Shown one piece after another: positions 1 to 10,300 of a stretch of DNA of 64,000 nucleotides. The stretch is taken from IMG/VR virus record IMGVR_UViG_3300032235_000911, positions 31,645-95,644 of that record; one strand, written 5' to 3'. The notes under the pieces were generated by a model that did no database searches, was not told the origin of the DNA, and saw nothing but the letters and a program-made list of their open reading frames with translations. The position numbers and the translations under genes are program-made. This DNA comes from a virus. Within the stretch, counting starts at the first letter, position 1. Every line of letters begins with the position of its first letter.

Positions 1-55
1 TTGATTTTGCTGCGTTATTTGTAAAATCGTTACTGCCTAGCTGTATTGTGGCCAT
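1..55 (-). CDS. 5' part of a probable virion protein running off the window (MATIQLGSNDFTNNAAKS...)
   Basis: ATG at 55 on minus strand, open to the window edge, preceded by a CTATATA motif at 82-88. Confidence 0.55.
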   Translation of the reverse strand, partial: MATIQLGSNDFTNNAAKS

Positions 56-124
56 GTTTATAAAAAATTATCCCGTTAACTTATATAGTTAGCGGGATAA
101 AATAATGTTATAGTGAAATAACTA

Positions 125-1072
125 TTAGAAGTCTAATCTGACACGCATGATTAGTTCCGTGCTTGGAGTCTTTTTGATGGGTTCTGACAATTTCGCAACT
201 GCTAATAGTTGATTTGAACTATCATATAACCCAACTGTTGTTATATATGCTGCTGATTCTTTCGTTGGATCGCTTTCTTTTACACGAATCATGCTATCTT
301 CAAGATAGGTTGGGTTTGCACTATAGTTGAATTCATTGTTGTATGCGCGACAGAAGTATATAGCAGAGTTCAATTCGGTTACCGCATTAAAACTAATAGC
401 GGTTACGCCATTATTGCTTGCGGCTTTAGCCGTTAATACATTTAATGTATTAGCAGATGGTGTGCCGGGATAGCCGACCAAGGTATTAGATGCCTTTAGT
501 ACAACAATGCCTGCTTCATAAAAAACTGCCCCAACGATAGTACTGCCTATTTTAAGCTTTAATAATCTTGCTTCTCCGGTTTGGACTTCGTATGAAGTAC
601 CATATTCCTCACACTCATTTGTCCCATTAATAGTTATCTCAAAACTGCCAGATGCAATTTTATCTTTAATAGAGTTTCTTGGAATTGATAAATATATATA
701 CCCACCGTCAGGCATATTTGTTCCACCAAATACGTCACTAAACTTTTTTAAATCCCCATTTGCTTTATAGCCTAACAGCAAATGCCTAAACTGAGTGTCG
801 ACTCTCTGTGCGATAGTTTGGGCAGCTGGTAGAGTTGTTATAGTGGCAATAGAACTATAGCCAGCAGTTATACCAAATGAAATACCTAAGTTTTCGACAT
901 CTGGATCTGCATTTACGCCATATACATAAAAACTGCTATTGCTCGCGTCAGACCCGCCATATCTGATTTGATAGCCATAATCAGCTGCGCGCGTTAAACT
1001 TTTAGCTTCTACAAGTTCCGTTGAGCTTGTCACTCTATCGTTATCTGTTAGTTGTTTAAATGATTGAGCCAT
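125..1072 (-). CDS. virion structural protein (tail-collar/tail-fibre-like C-terminus)
   Basis: 315 aa ORF; C-terminal ITTVGLYD..LLAVAKL.EPIKKT resembles tail-collar fibre protein ends; lies in structural operon. Confidence 0.6.
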   Translation of the reverse strand: MAQSFKQLTDNDRVTSSTELVEAKSLTRAADYGYQIRYGGSDASNSSFYVYGVNADPDVENLGISFGITAGYSSIATITTLPAAQTIAQRVDTQFRHLLLGYKANGDLKKFSDVFGGTNMPDGGYIYLSIPRNSIKDKIASGSFEITINGTNECEEYGTSYEVQTGEARLLKLKIGSTIVGAVFYEAGIVVLKASNTLVGYPGTPSANTLNVLTAKAASNNGVTAISFNAVTELNSAIYFCRAYNNEFNYSANPTYLEDSMIRVKESDPTKESAAYITTVGLYDSSNQLLAVAKLSEPIKKTPSTELIMRVRLDF

Positions 1073-1094
1073 TTTTTTACCTTATTTATTGTAG

Positions 1095-2045
1095 TTATGG
1101 TACATATTTGACGAACGCAACAGGAATATCAATAGAATAACCGGTTGTTGCACCAACTACCTTGACATGTGTTGGTATATAAACATAGCTTCTGGACGCC
1201 CAGCTTGTCACGCTTTTGCCATATTTATCAAAATGCGTAGAGTTGTTTACAAGATCCATTTTAGCCTTGATGCTAAACTCTAGTTTTGTACCCCTTGAGC
1301 CTTGGATAACCGAATCTGGGTTTTCGTTGAGGCTTGTGTCTGAGTTGTAGACCTTCATTTGTTTAACAAAATCTCCTGTGCCATCAAGAGTAAACTTATA
1401 CATTGCGATTTGGTCATCGTCAATAACTGGATCAACTGGCGCTGGTGTTCCATCTGGAAGCGTTAGTGCTCCAAAGCGGTTGTCGATAAACACATTATAT
1501 TCGCGTTCATAAAGATCTGGCATTGAAGCAAGCGAAACGGTTCGATCTGACTTTGAGCTATCTAGCCCTTGGTCTACGCGGACATAGTTTTGACCACTAG
1601 TTAAAATACCACTTGTTTTATTACCAAGAGAAACTGTAAGCGCTGCTGTTGTGTTTAGATCAGAACGATTGACGGGCACAGCGAAACCGGTAAAAGCACT
1701 ACCAAAGAATGCAGCAGTGTCATTTGGGCGATCCCCACCGGAAGCTGCGTTTAGCTTTAAAATAGGCAGGAAAAGCAAATTCTTTGAAGCTATTGTCAAA
1801 AGTTTGCTCTTTAGAGACGCAGCATTATTAGTAAAAGCCTCTAGGATAGGCGTAGCCATGATAAGTTCATCTTTGCGGGCACTTTCTACGCCCTCTTGAT
1901 ATAAACTATAGTCAATTTCGTCGTCACCAAGCGCAAACTTTACGATATTAAATGAACCATCGCCACGCGCAAGCAACAATCTACCGTAATCTGTAAGTAC
2001 TGCATCTAGTACGATGTCGCTGTTGTTATTTAAAAAAGTTGACAT
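1095..2045 (-). CDS. virion structural protein (tail-collar-like N-terminus)
   Basis: 316 aa; N-terminal LTDYGRLLLARG..IVKFALGDDEIDY motif typical of large-phage tail/baseplate proteins. Confidence 0.6.
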   Translation of the reverse strand: MSTFLNNNSDIVLDAVLTDYGRLLLARGDGSFNIVKFALGDDEIDYSLYQEGVESARKDELIMATPILEAFTNNAASLKSKLLTIASKNLLFLPILKLNAASGGDRPNDTAAFFGSAFTGFAVPVNRSDLNTTAALTVSLGNKTSGILTSGQNYVRVDQGLDSSKSDRTVSLASMPDLYEREYNVFIDNRFGALTLPDGTPAPVDPVIDDDQIAMYKFTLDGTGDFVKQMKVYNSDTSLNENPDSVIQGSRGTKLEFSIKAKMDLVNNSTHFDKYGKSVTSWASRSYVYIPTHVKVVGATTGYSIDIPVAFVKYVP

Positions 2046-2088
2046 ATTTTTATTCCTGTATAAGTTCTTCTATAAATAGAAGGGTATT

Positions 2089-4236
2089 TTATATTTTCTT
2101 GTTTAATTTTGCTTTTACCGTATAGCGCAGGATGCGGTTACTTTTTTTAGATCTAATCTGTAATACAAAGCCTCTATTCCATACCTTTTCGCTATCTGGA
2201 CCTAATTCTACGTCACTTATGCTTTCTGGTTGTTCTGTTCTAGGTATAAGCTGAATTTGGCTTGGTTTTATTAGTAAATATCTACGGAAGTTTTTATTTT
2301 TAATTTTTTCCATAGTTTTTTTGATATTTATTTCATTTTTTATTAGATATCTATATCCGTCATCGTCTCTAAGTTCTACTTCGTATATTTTTGATGGGTT
2401 TGAAGCAATATCGTGCGCGTTTAGGTATCTAAACATAAAATAGTATTTCTTATTAGGCACGATCATATCAAGTATGTCACGCTGATCGCTTGTTAATTCT
2501 AACGTTTTATATTTTTTTCCCTGAAAGGAGATGTAGCTTGTTGGACGATCTACTGTTTTATATATTTCTAACTTTACCATTCCATCTAATATTTTTGAAT
2601 GTATATTTTCCGGTATAATATTCTCTTGTGACTTACGGATTAATTCTAGCTGTTCAAGATCGCCTAACTCAACAGGTTCAAATACTTCATTTTCTTCTAG
2701 TGCAGATTGTTTGCGATGAATATAAAACTTGCCACTTTCATAAGCAAAGTCTATTTCTGGTTTTGTGGCTGGCGTATCGAGTACGGCACCATTAAAACGC
2801 GATACTGTAACCTCTAGTACTCTATAATCTATCGAGTTAGACACTGTAAACTTATAATATCCACTATCTATATCTCGCAACATCTCAAGGTCTTCATTTT
2901 CGTAATACGTATCATATGTATATTTATTGCCGTATACAAGAACATATGTTTTTAACGTATAAAAATATTCTGTACCGTATTTGATCTGTGAATCATAAAA
3001 ACTAATCAGGTTATCGCTGGTCACATCGAACCAAAATGTTTGTAATATTTTTGATTCGTGGTTAAAAAGTCTTTTTTCAATCTTATAGATTAAGACTTCA
3101 TTATTGGCTTTTTTATTAGTAAATTCTTGGTAGTTTCGTTTATTTTTAGAAATATCTTTTTTCAGTTTCTCAAGTATTCGTGAAAATTCCAACGCATCCG
3201 CGGGTGACGCATTATTATAAGTCTCCAGCGACAGCCAATCGCGTAACGAGTAGGAATTTATTTCATATTGACTAGCCCTGCTATCGGCAACAATATATTT
3301 TTTTATTTCCGCGTTTTCAGAGTTCTTTAAATGATCGGTTAGATTATTATATATTAGATTTTTATTTTTAAAGGTATGTACAATATTATCTTTTGAGTTT
3401 GCAAAATTTGAAAAAGTTAACTTCATATAGAATGGAAATGGTGATGCGTATTTTTCGAAAGACTTAATAATGTTTGTATATTCTATACGATTATTTATAT
3501 TTTGCGATGTTGCTTTTATCTCACTTAATACGATATTAGCATCTGTATTTTTTACCGCTTTAGCGTATGTTGTGTAGTATTTTTTAAATGCCTCAACGGT
3601 ATTTTCAAGCCTGCATAGCCCATCAACGACAGATTCTGGTATGAGACCACCAAGGCGAAGCGTTAAGTTCTCTAGCTCATCTCTTGCACTTAAGTCTTTA
3701 TTTTTTAAAATATTATATACTGTTGGCAGAACAGAGACGCTAAACATTGGATCAGCCAGCATCGCTTCGTATTCCGGCGCATGAAAGTTATATATAAATT
3801 CACGATTTATTACACTATTTGAATCTGGCTTGATAAGTGACTGTTCCGTTATTCTGTTTAATGTCTTTATATCGGTTGAGTGATCGTAGAAATTTTGATT
3901 TCTAACAGAATCAATCAAGTTTGTTGCATAATCTTTCCATGCAGATGAATCATACTCACGAGTCAACAAGCCATTCTGTAGGTAAGTTTCATTAAACCTA
4001 TCGCGATCAACGCGCAGCCTATATACATCACCATTTATATGGTCAATATTAAAAAGCGGTGTCATTTTTGGTCTATCTAGTCGGTTTCCATCAAATACAA
4101 AAAAATCACCAGAATAATATCTTATAAAATCAGACATTTGGGCAGTGTCTGATTTAAAATTTATATTTTCTAAATCTAGTTCTGCAACAAACGAATCTGC
4201 GTCGAGCATATTTATAGTATTTTTTAAGTTTTTCAT
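2089..4236 (-). CDS. hypothetical protein, probably virion structural
   Basis: 715 aa ORF, translationally coupled within the structural operon. Confidence 0.6.
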   Translation of the reverse strand: MKNLKNTINMLDADSFVAELDLENINFKSDTAQMSDFIRYYSGDFFVFDGNRLDRPKMTPLFNIDHINGDVYRLRVDRDRFNETYLQNGLLTREYDSSAWKDYATNLIDSVRNQNFYDHSTDIKTLNRITEQSLIKPDSNSVINREFIYNFHAPEYEAMLADPMFSVSVLPTVYNILKNKDLSARDELENLTLRLGGLIPESVVDGLCRLENTVEAFKKYYTTYAKAVKNTDANIVLSEIKATSQNINNRIEYTNIIKSFEKYASPFPFYMKLTFSNFANSKDNIVHTFKNKNLIYNNLTDHLKNSENAEIKKYIVADSRASQYEINSYSLRDWLSLETYNNASPADALEFSRILEKLKKDISKNKRNYQEFTNKKANNEVLIYKIEKRLFNHESKILQTFWFDVTSDNLISFYDSQIKYGTEYFYTLKTYVLVYGNKYTYDTYYENEDLEMLRDIDSGYYKFTVSNSIDYRVLEVTVSRFNGAVLDTPATKPEIDFAYESGKFYIHRKQSALEENEVFEPVELGDLEQLELIRKSQENIIPENIHSKILDGMVKLEIYKTVDRPTSYISFQGKKYKTLELTSDQRDILDMIVPNKKYYFMFRYLNAHDIASNPSKIYEVELRDDDGYRYLIKNEINIKKTMEKIKNKNFRRYLLIKPSQIQLIPRTEQPESISDVELGPDSEKVWNRGFVLQIRSKKSNRILRYTVKAKLNKKI

Positions 4237-6551
4237 TAGATGTCATCTACCGTTATAGTATAATCTGCGTCTGAATCTATATTTTGTATAGCCCCTGGTA
4301 TTACATTATATAACATATCATCAACAACACCAAGTATCGACGTTTGTACATCCTTACGGCCAGCCTCCTCTTGATATTTTACTATGTAATACTGATTCAG
4401 ATGTCGTAGGCCGTCAAAAAGCTTACTAACATTTAATTTTTCCATTGAGTAAAGGGAATAATTACTGCCTTTATATTTTTCTTCTTCTGTGAAGATACTA
4501 TTATAGTAAAATATTGATCTTGATTTAAGTTTTGGATCGTCTTTTGTCAAGGAATCAATAAGAGCTTTTGGGTTCTGTTGTTTGGAGGTATCATATGCGG
4601 CGTTGTACTGGATTACGGTATCACTAGTAGGTTTCTCTGGTGCTATAAATACAACTTGGTCTGCGGCGAGATACAGCGCAGTTACACCAGACCCAGCTAT
4701 CATTGCTTCGGAAGCTGGTGTGGAGTCCCCATTTATATCAAAAAGTATATTTTTAAAATACTTATCGGCTGAGGTATTGTTTTTTTGTAATAGCGTATCG
4801 ACTGTTATGCCGTCATCAAGAAACTGAAATACCGATGATGCATATTTATCATAATATTTCATATACTCAAAGTCTTTTTTTACATTCTTACTGCTAATAA
4901 CTTCACTTTGATATTCTCTTGCTTTTATATATATTTCGTTCAGCGCATCGATCTGGTTTTTATCAAGCAAGTCATTTATTAAATAAGAATTGCTTGGTAA
5001 ATCTACTGTAAATATCGAAAAGGTACTAACGCGATTTCTTGTTGTAAGCGATGGATTAGCATAATATTTACTGCTTTCTAAGTATTTTCTAACTTCGCGC
5101 TCTTCTGGTTGCAGAACTCTTGCGCCACTATTGACGTAGTCTAGCCTTGCAGTTAAGTTGTCAGTAACGGCAACCTCATAGCCAGTAGCAAAATCGTATG
5201 TATAATCTATTGCATTTTTAAATATTTTTGTATATCTAGTGCTGCTATCTTCCTTACGCGAAGAGCCAACTGTTTTACTATACTTAACATTTTTCGAAAA
5301 CTGCGCGCACACTTGATATAAATCTGTGATATGCTTCAATAGTTGTTCTAAGATATTTGTATTTGTTGTAAGTGGATGGCAGCATGAAACATAATTTGCA
5401 AGAAGTTGCTCTACCGGTATGTCTGTAAAGACAAATGTTGCCTCTGCGACCTCAATTAAAATATCCGATAGGATTGCAAAAAATTCTATTTCGATCTCAC
5501 CGCCATTACGATTTATATATTTTTCTTTTTGGTCAAAATCATTCTGAAAGAAATACCTGCCCGCATCCTCAATTAGTTCATGAGTCTGATAATAATGTAA
5601 TTTATTGCGATATTTGGCTATCTTCTCCTCAGCCAACAGTAATCTTGGTAGGATATATTCATCAAAAAATACTTCTGACGCATCAAAGATATCTAGATCA
5701 AGTTTTATATCATAAATAAAGCTATTGTTATTTTCATTTATTTCCGTAAAAGAAACAAGAAACTCGCAGGAGTTATCATTTAATCTATATGAATTAAAGA
5801 TAGCAGGGGTTATTTTATAATCTTCTTTGCTATCTGATATTTTTTTATATAATCTACAACCGTCTATTTTTATATAAGAATTGCTTGAGATATAATCAAA
5901 AAAAGATTTATAGTTTTGTAAGATATTGTAATTTTTAGAATTATTTGTTAAATATTTTCCAAGATCGATCTTTATAGTGCAGTTTGCGCTCTTATCAACA
6001 GTATAGCCAACATATAAGTCCTCTGAATAGTTTTTATTTAGCGTTGGAGTGAAACTACTGCCGCGTTTAAATTGTGGATTTAGTAAGCCAAAATCTTTTA
6101 TTTTATTTAAATATTGTAGTCCCTGGAATTCGATTCGCTGTTCACTTAAAACCTCTTCTGCTACCTTTGATCCAACGATGTAATCATTTCCGCAGTAGGC
6201 TATTACGTTAGAAATTTTTTCTTCGCCTCTCTCAAATACAACATAATTTTCATACTTTAAAGATTTACCGTCAACAAAAGAATTTAAGCTTTTAACTTTT
6301 GTTTGTTCTTTTGATCCGCTGTATGTTAGTTGCACTGTAAAATTATTTATAACATCGCTATTGGCCGACCAACGTGGCTGACCTGTATTTACGTCAACCT
6401 CGTCAAGCAGATAGAAATAAACTTTTACTTCTTTTTTATTTTTTGATAACTCTATTGATGAAATATAGACATCTGGCGCGAGATAATTATATCTACGATC
6501 GCCATCTATTCCGCTTAAATCTTGAACATCTAACACATCCAACATCAGCAA
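4236..6551 (-). CDS. hypothetical protein, probably virion structural
   Basis: 771 aa ORF, overlaps neighbours at start and stop. Confidence 0.6.
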   Translation of the reverse strand: MLMLDVLDVQDLSGIDGDRRYNYLAPDVYISSIELSKNKKEVKVYFYLLDEVDVNTGQPRWSANSDVINNFTVQLTYSGSKEQTKVKSLNSFVDGKSLKYENYVVFERGEEKISNVIAYCGNDYIVGSKVAEEVLSEQRIEFQGLQYLNKIKDFGLLNPQFKRGSSFTPTLNKNYSEDLYVGYTVDKSANCTIKIDLGKYLTNNSKNYNILQNYKSFFDYISSNSYIKIDGCRLYKKISDSKEDYKITPAIFNSYRLNDNSCEFLVSFTEINENNNSFIYDIKLDLDIFDASEVFFDEYILPRLLLAEEKIAKYRNKLHYYQTHELIEDAGRYFFQNDFDQKEKYINRNGGEIEIEFFAILSDILIEVAEATFVFTDIPVEQLLANYVSCCHPLTTNTNILEQLLKHITDLYQVCAQFSKNVKYSKTVGSSRKEDSSTRYTKIFKNAIDYTYDFATGYEVAVTDNLTARLDYVNSGARVLQPEEREVRKYLESSKYYANPSLTTRNRVSTFSIFTVDLPSNSYLINDLLDKNQIDALNEIYIKAREYQSEVISSKNVKKDFEYMKYYDKYASSVFQFLDDGITVDTLLQKNNTSADKYFKNILFDINGDSTPASEAMIAGSGVTALYLAADQVVFIAPEKPTSDTVIQYNAAYDTSKQQNPKALIDSLTKDDPKLKSRSIFYYNSIFTEEEKYKGSNYSLYSMEKLNVSKLFDGLRHLNQYYIVKYQEEAGRKDVQTSILGVVDDMLYNVIPGAIQNIDSDADYTITVDDI

Positions 6552-7396
6552 TCATCCTTAACAGGCCCATCGAAATTTGTTGAGTAGGTGCCTTGCATAA
6601 CTGGCTTTTGCGTTTTCTGTAGGCTCTTTATTAACTCAATATCTATTTCATCATCGGCTTCTATTTCTAAAAAATATTGTACTTCGCCGCTTGTTTGTTT
6701 TGTATCTCTATAAACTGTTGGCATTTCGTTTTGACTATAAAGTATCCCATCTATTATGTTTGATTGTTTTTGATCAAATATCAATTGATTTAACATATGT
6801 TCACCGGCATTTATATCTTCGATGTACACCTCAAGCTCAAAATTTTCAGCGTCATCTTCGCAGTTCATCTCTTTTAGATCAATGAGGATATAATCTTCGT
6901 GTATTGTCAGCGTTTTATCGTTATCAAAGTCAAAAGTAGATACATCTTTACCGTCTAAAGTTAGTTTATCTGTGTCTACTAGCTGTGCCTCGACATTAAT
7001 ATCGGTTAAATCAAACTGCTTTAGCGCATAGCTGGACTGTACTGTAATGAACTTATGTTTTTCGTGACTATACTGTAAGGTCTGTTCTTGGTAGTTCGCA
7101 GTTCCATTTAAAATGTTTATATCCCAAGCTGGTGCATACTCTGCCGCCATGGACGACTTGCCCATCGGGAACATCAATGCTTTACTGTTTCGAGTTAGCG
7201 AGCCAAACGTTATTGTGTCAAACAGTCTAGCTTGTATGCTATTTTGGTCTTCGTCTGCTCCGTTTTCATAAATTATACCATCGTCAAAAAAGCTTACAAA
7301 ATGCGGTTGTAATTTGCCTTTACTTAGACATTTCTTGCCGTGATTTGTAAGTTCAAATGCGATAACATCCTGTTTTTTATCTAAAAAATTAGGCAT
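6545..7396 (-). CDS. virion structural protein, distant paralog of 1095-2045
   Basis: N-terminal ELTNHGKKCLSKG..FVSFFDDGIIY parallels LTDYGRLLLARG..FALGDDEIDY. Confidence 0.55.
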   Translation of the reverse strand: MPNFLDKKQDVIAFELTNHGKKCLSKGKLQPHFVSFFDDGIIYENGADEDQNSIQARLFDTITFGSLTRNSKALMFPMGKSSMAAEYAPAWDINILNGTANYQEQTLQYSHEKHKFITVQSSYALKQFDLTDINVEAQLVDTDKLTLDGKDVSTFDFDNDKTLTIHEDYILIDLKEMNCEDDAENFELEVYIEDINAGEHMLNQLIFDQKQSNIIDGILYSQNEMPTVYRDTKQTSGEVQYFLEIEADDEIDIELIKSLQKTQKPVMQGTYSTNFDGPVKDDC

Positions 7397-10300
7397 TAGC
7401 TTTTGTTACCTTTAAAAACATCTGGTATTTTTATTTCTCTATTTTTAATCTGCTCTATCTCATCGCTTAGTACTCTAAACTGTATATCTGTATTTACTAA
7501 TGTAGGCTCGGTTGATAGTGTATCTGATGTATAACCTTCGCCGGCCTGTATATTAAGTAGCTCAACAAGAGAAAAGTGGTCGTAAGGCCAGTTAAATGTG
7601 TTCCATGGTATATCTGTATATCTTGTATCTTCATTTTTCTTTATTATTGAATTATATTCACGATTTGCCTTTCTTTTTACCTTAAAAACAATACCGTCAA
7701 GACTATCGTTTGTTAAATATTGTCTTACTTCTTCGGATAGCACCTCAAGTGGACTAAATTTATGTCTTATTTCTAATGTTTGTTCTTCCGGTGTAAAGCC
7801 AATCTTTGGAAGAGTACCTTGCCAAATTTTTGCTAGGTCGTCTTTGTCTAGTTCGTGTGTAAATTCCGCAACATAAAACACAAAAGGCTCAAGATTATTG
7901 CTGTTGTCTAGCCAGTTTAGATATGGAGGTATATTATACTCAAGCATATTTTTTATTAATTTAACGATGCTGTTGTTATAATTTAGATTTTTATTCCTAA
8001 AAAAGATATATTCTATCTCTTTTATTGTTTTCGTACGGTAGTCGAATCCCAAAATGGTTTTAATTGTCTCGGGATCTATTTTTATTAGATATTTGTCTTT
8101 TAGATATCCGCTTTGAACTTTTTTGAAAAGTGAATTATTTTCTGCGTTAACGGAAGTTGAGTATGGCAGTAATAACATTCCTTCGCTGATTATCTTTTTA
8201 TCAGCAATAGTTCCAATTGATTTAGATTCTTTTTTAAAGCCGACAAGATCCATTAAGGAACCGGTTTCTTCTGCGTTTACTCCGTCTGTATCTTCTAGAG
8301 TTAACTGGACGCTGTTGTTATCGCTTGGTACTGCGCCTAATCGGTTCCATATCCCGTTAATTTGAGAGCTAGTAACCTGAAGTGTTATTGGAATAGCGTT
8401 TGAGGCATAAAAATTATTAGGCAGAACGTTGTTATATTCATTTACGTATTCTGCAAGAACAGCACCATCTAAAACTATTTCTTTTGCTATGCTTGGTTCC
8501 TTTTTTTCATTTATGTAGTTAATAAGAGGCGATTCAAATTTTGTTTGAATTACCCATTTTCTGTTAGGCGTTGAAGTGGTAGTTTGTGAAATTTCTTGTC
8601 CTGTTATCGCATCAGTTGTAACTAAGGGCGATTCAACTAAGTCAAGAAGCCTACAACAACTATCTAAGTTCATAGCATGATAATATGTTATATTGAGTGG
8701 ATTCTCAGTGGAGTGATCCGAACCCCACTGAATTCTATTTATTGATATTCTGTTGATTTGATCTGCGGTAAATTTTTCCCCATTCCCGGTGTATTCAAAT
8801 TTTATATACGTATCCTTTCCGCCATCTCTAAGATATGGAGGTGCATATGGTAGATATATTTCATCGCTAACTGTCCCAGTATGATCCTTGCCAGAATAGT
8901 ATGCCTGGCATGGTGGACCAAAAAGCGACGTAACAGGTACATCGTTAGAAGCACTGTTGAACATACTAAAATTTTGTGATTTGCTTATCCTTAAATTCAT
9001 AACATATTTTTTACCATTTTCTGATAGCTTGAAGTTTTTTTCTCCAAGAGATTCAAAATATGTTAGTTCGTTATTTTTTAAGAAGAAGTTGGGAACTTCT
9101 GAAATAAAATTATTTATAGCATATCGGTATAAAGTATTTTGACCATTTTCAATGCTATCTATATCAATAGAAGGATATAGAAGCTCTGGCTTGATCTCTT
9201 CAAGTTCCGAAATCGTATTAGAAAAAAATGATATGTATCTTGTTGGATCTAGATAGTATAAATTTCTTCCTAGAAGAGACTTTAGTGACGACTTTGGATC
9301 TAAGATTGCTTCGAATGGCAGTATATTTGTTATTTTTTTAACTGCGATAGAGCTATCTATTTTAAATTCTACAGTGCAATCAACACTATTGCAATTCGGA
9401 TTATTAAGTGGATATGGCGTATTTACACTACTGTCTGTATAAATTCTTTTTAACACAGAACTATAGATCTCTTCACTTCCAAGTAAAGTGTTGGACGCTA
9501 GCACAGGGTAACTAACTGCCAAACCAGATTTAATTGAGTTAAATAATATTCCTGGAGCAAAAAATGGTTGTATCAAAGTTTGCGCACCATGCTTTGAAGA
9601 GCCGTTCGTAACCTTTAGATTGTTGAAATCATATTCTTCCTGAAAATATCTCGCAATTTGTTTCGTGCGTTCCGCTGGGTAGAATCCCGCATATGGTAAC
9701 ATTTTTTTGATACCACTAAGTCTTATTACAAATTCATTTGTTTTTTTATCAATAAATTTATTGATATTTATTTTAAATTTATAGATTTCGCTGTCGCTTA
9801 GTTGTACGTTGTCGTTGTATCCGCGCAAATTCAGACTAAGATCCAGGCTTTCACTCGAACCTGTTATGTCTCCTAAGATATTTGACATTACATATTCTGG
9901 TATTATTGAATAATTTTTAGAAATATGTTTTAAGTTTTCATAAAAACTTGCATACGAGTTATATGAGGCAGTTATCCTGCTGTCAACTGCGCCTTGGTAT
10001 GAATCATTTAGCAAAATTCTTGCTGTCACTGGATTCATATATGGCGCGCTGGCATAGCTAAGACCTGATATTTCTCCTAGATCGGTTATCGTTATAAAGT
10101 TATTAAAGATAAACTGTGGTTTTGGTTGTATTCTTTGTACAAATAGATTATTGTTTATAGGATTTTTTGTGTTTATTTTTCCTCTTGTAAATGGAAACAA
10201 CTCCTGATGTCCAAAAGGTCCTATATCACCATATGTTGAATCATCTAGAAAGTCAATTTCTAGTTTATCAAAACTATTTTTAAAAATATTTGTATTGTTG

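Noticed and set aside
68-100. Inverted repeat TTATCCCGTTAAC..GTTAGCGGGATAA as a special element
   Set aside because: Single copy; adequately explained as an intergenic hairpin overlapping a late-type promoter motif.
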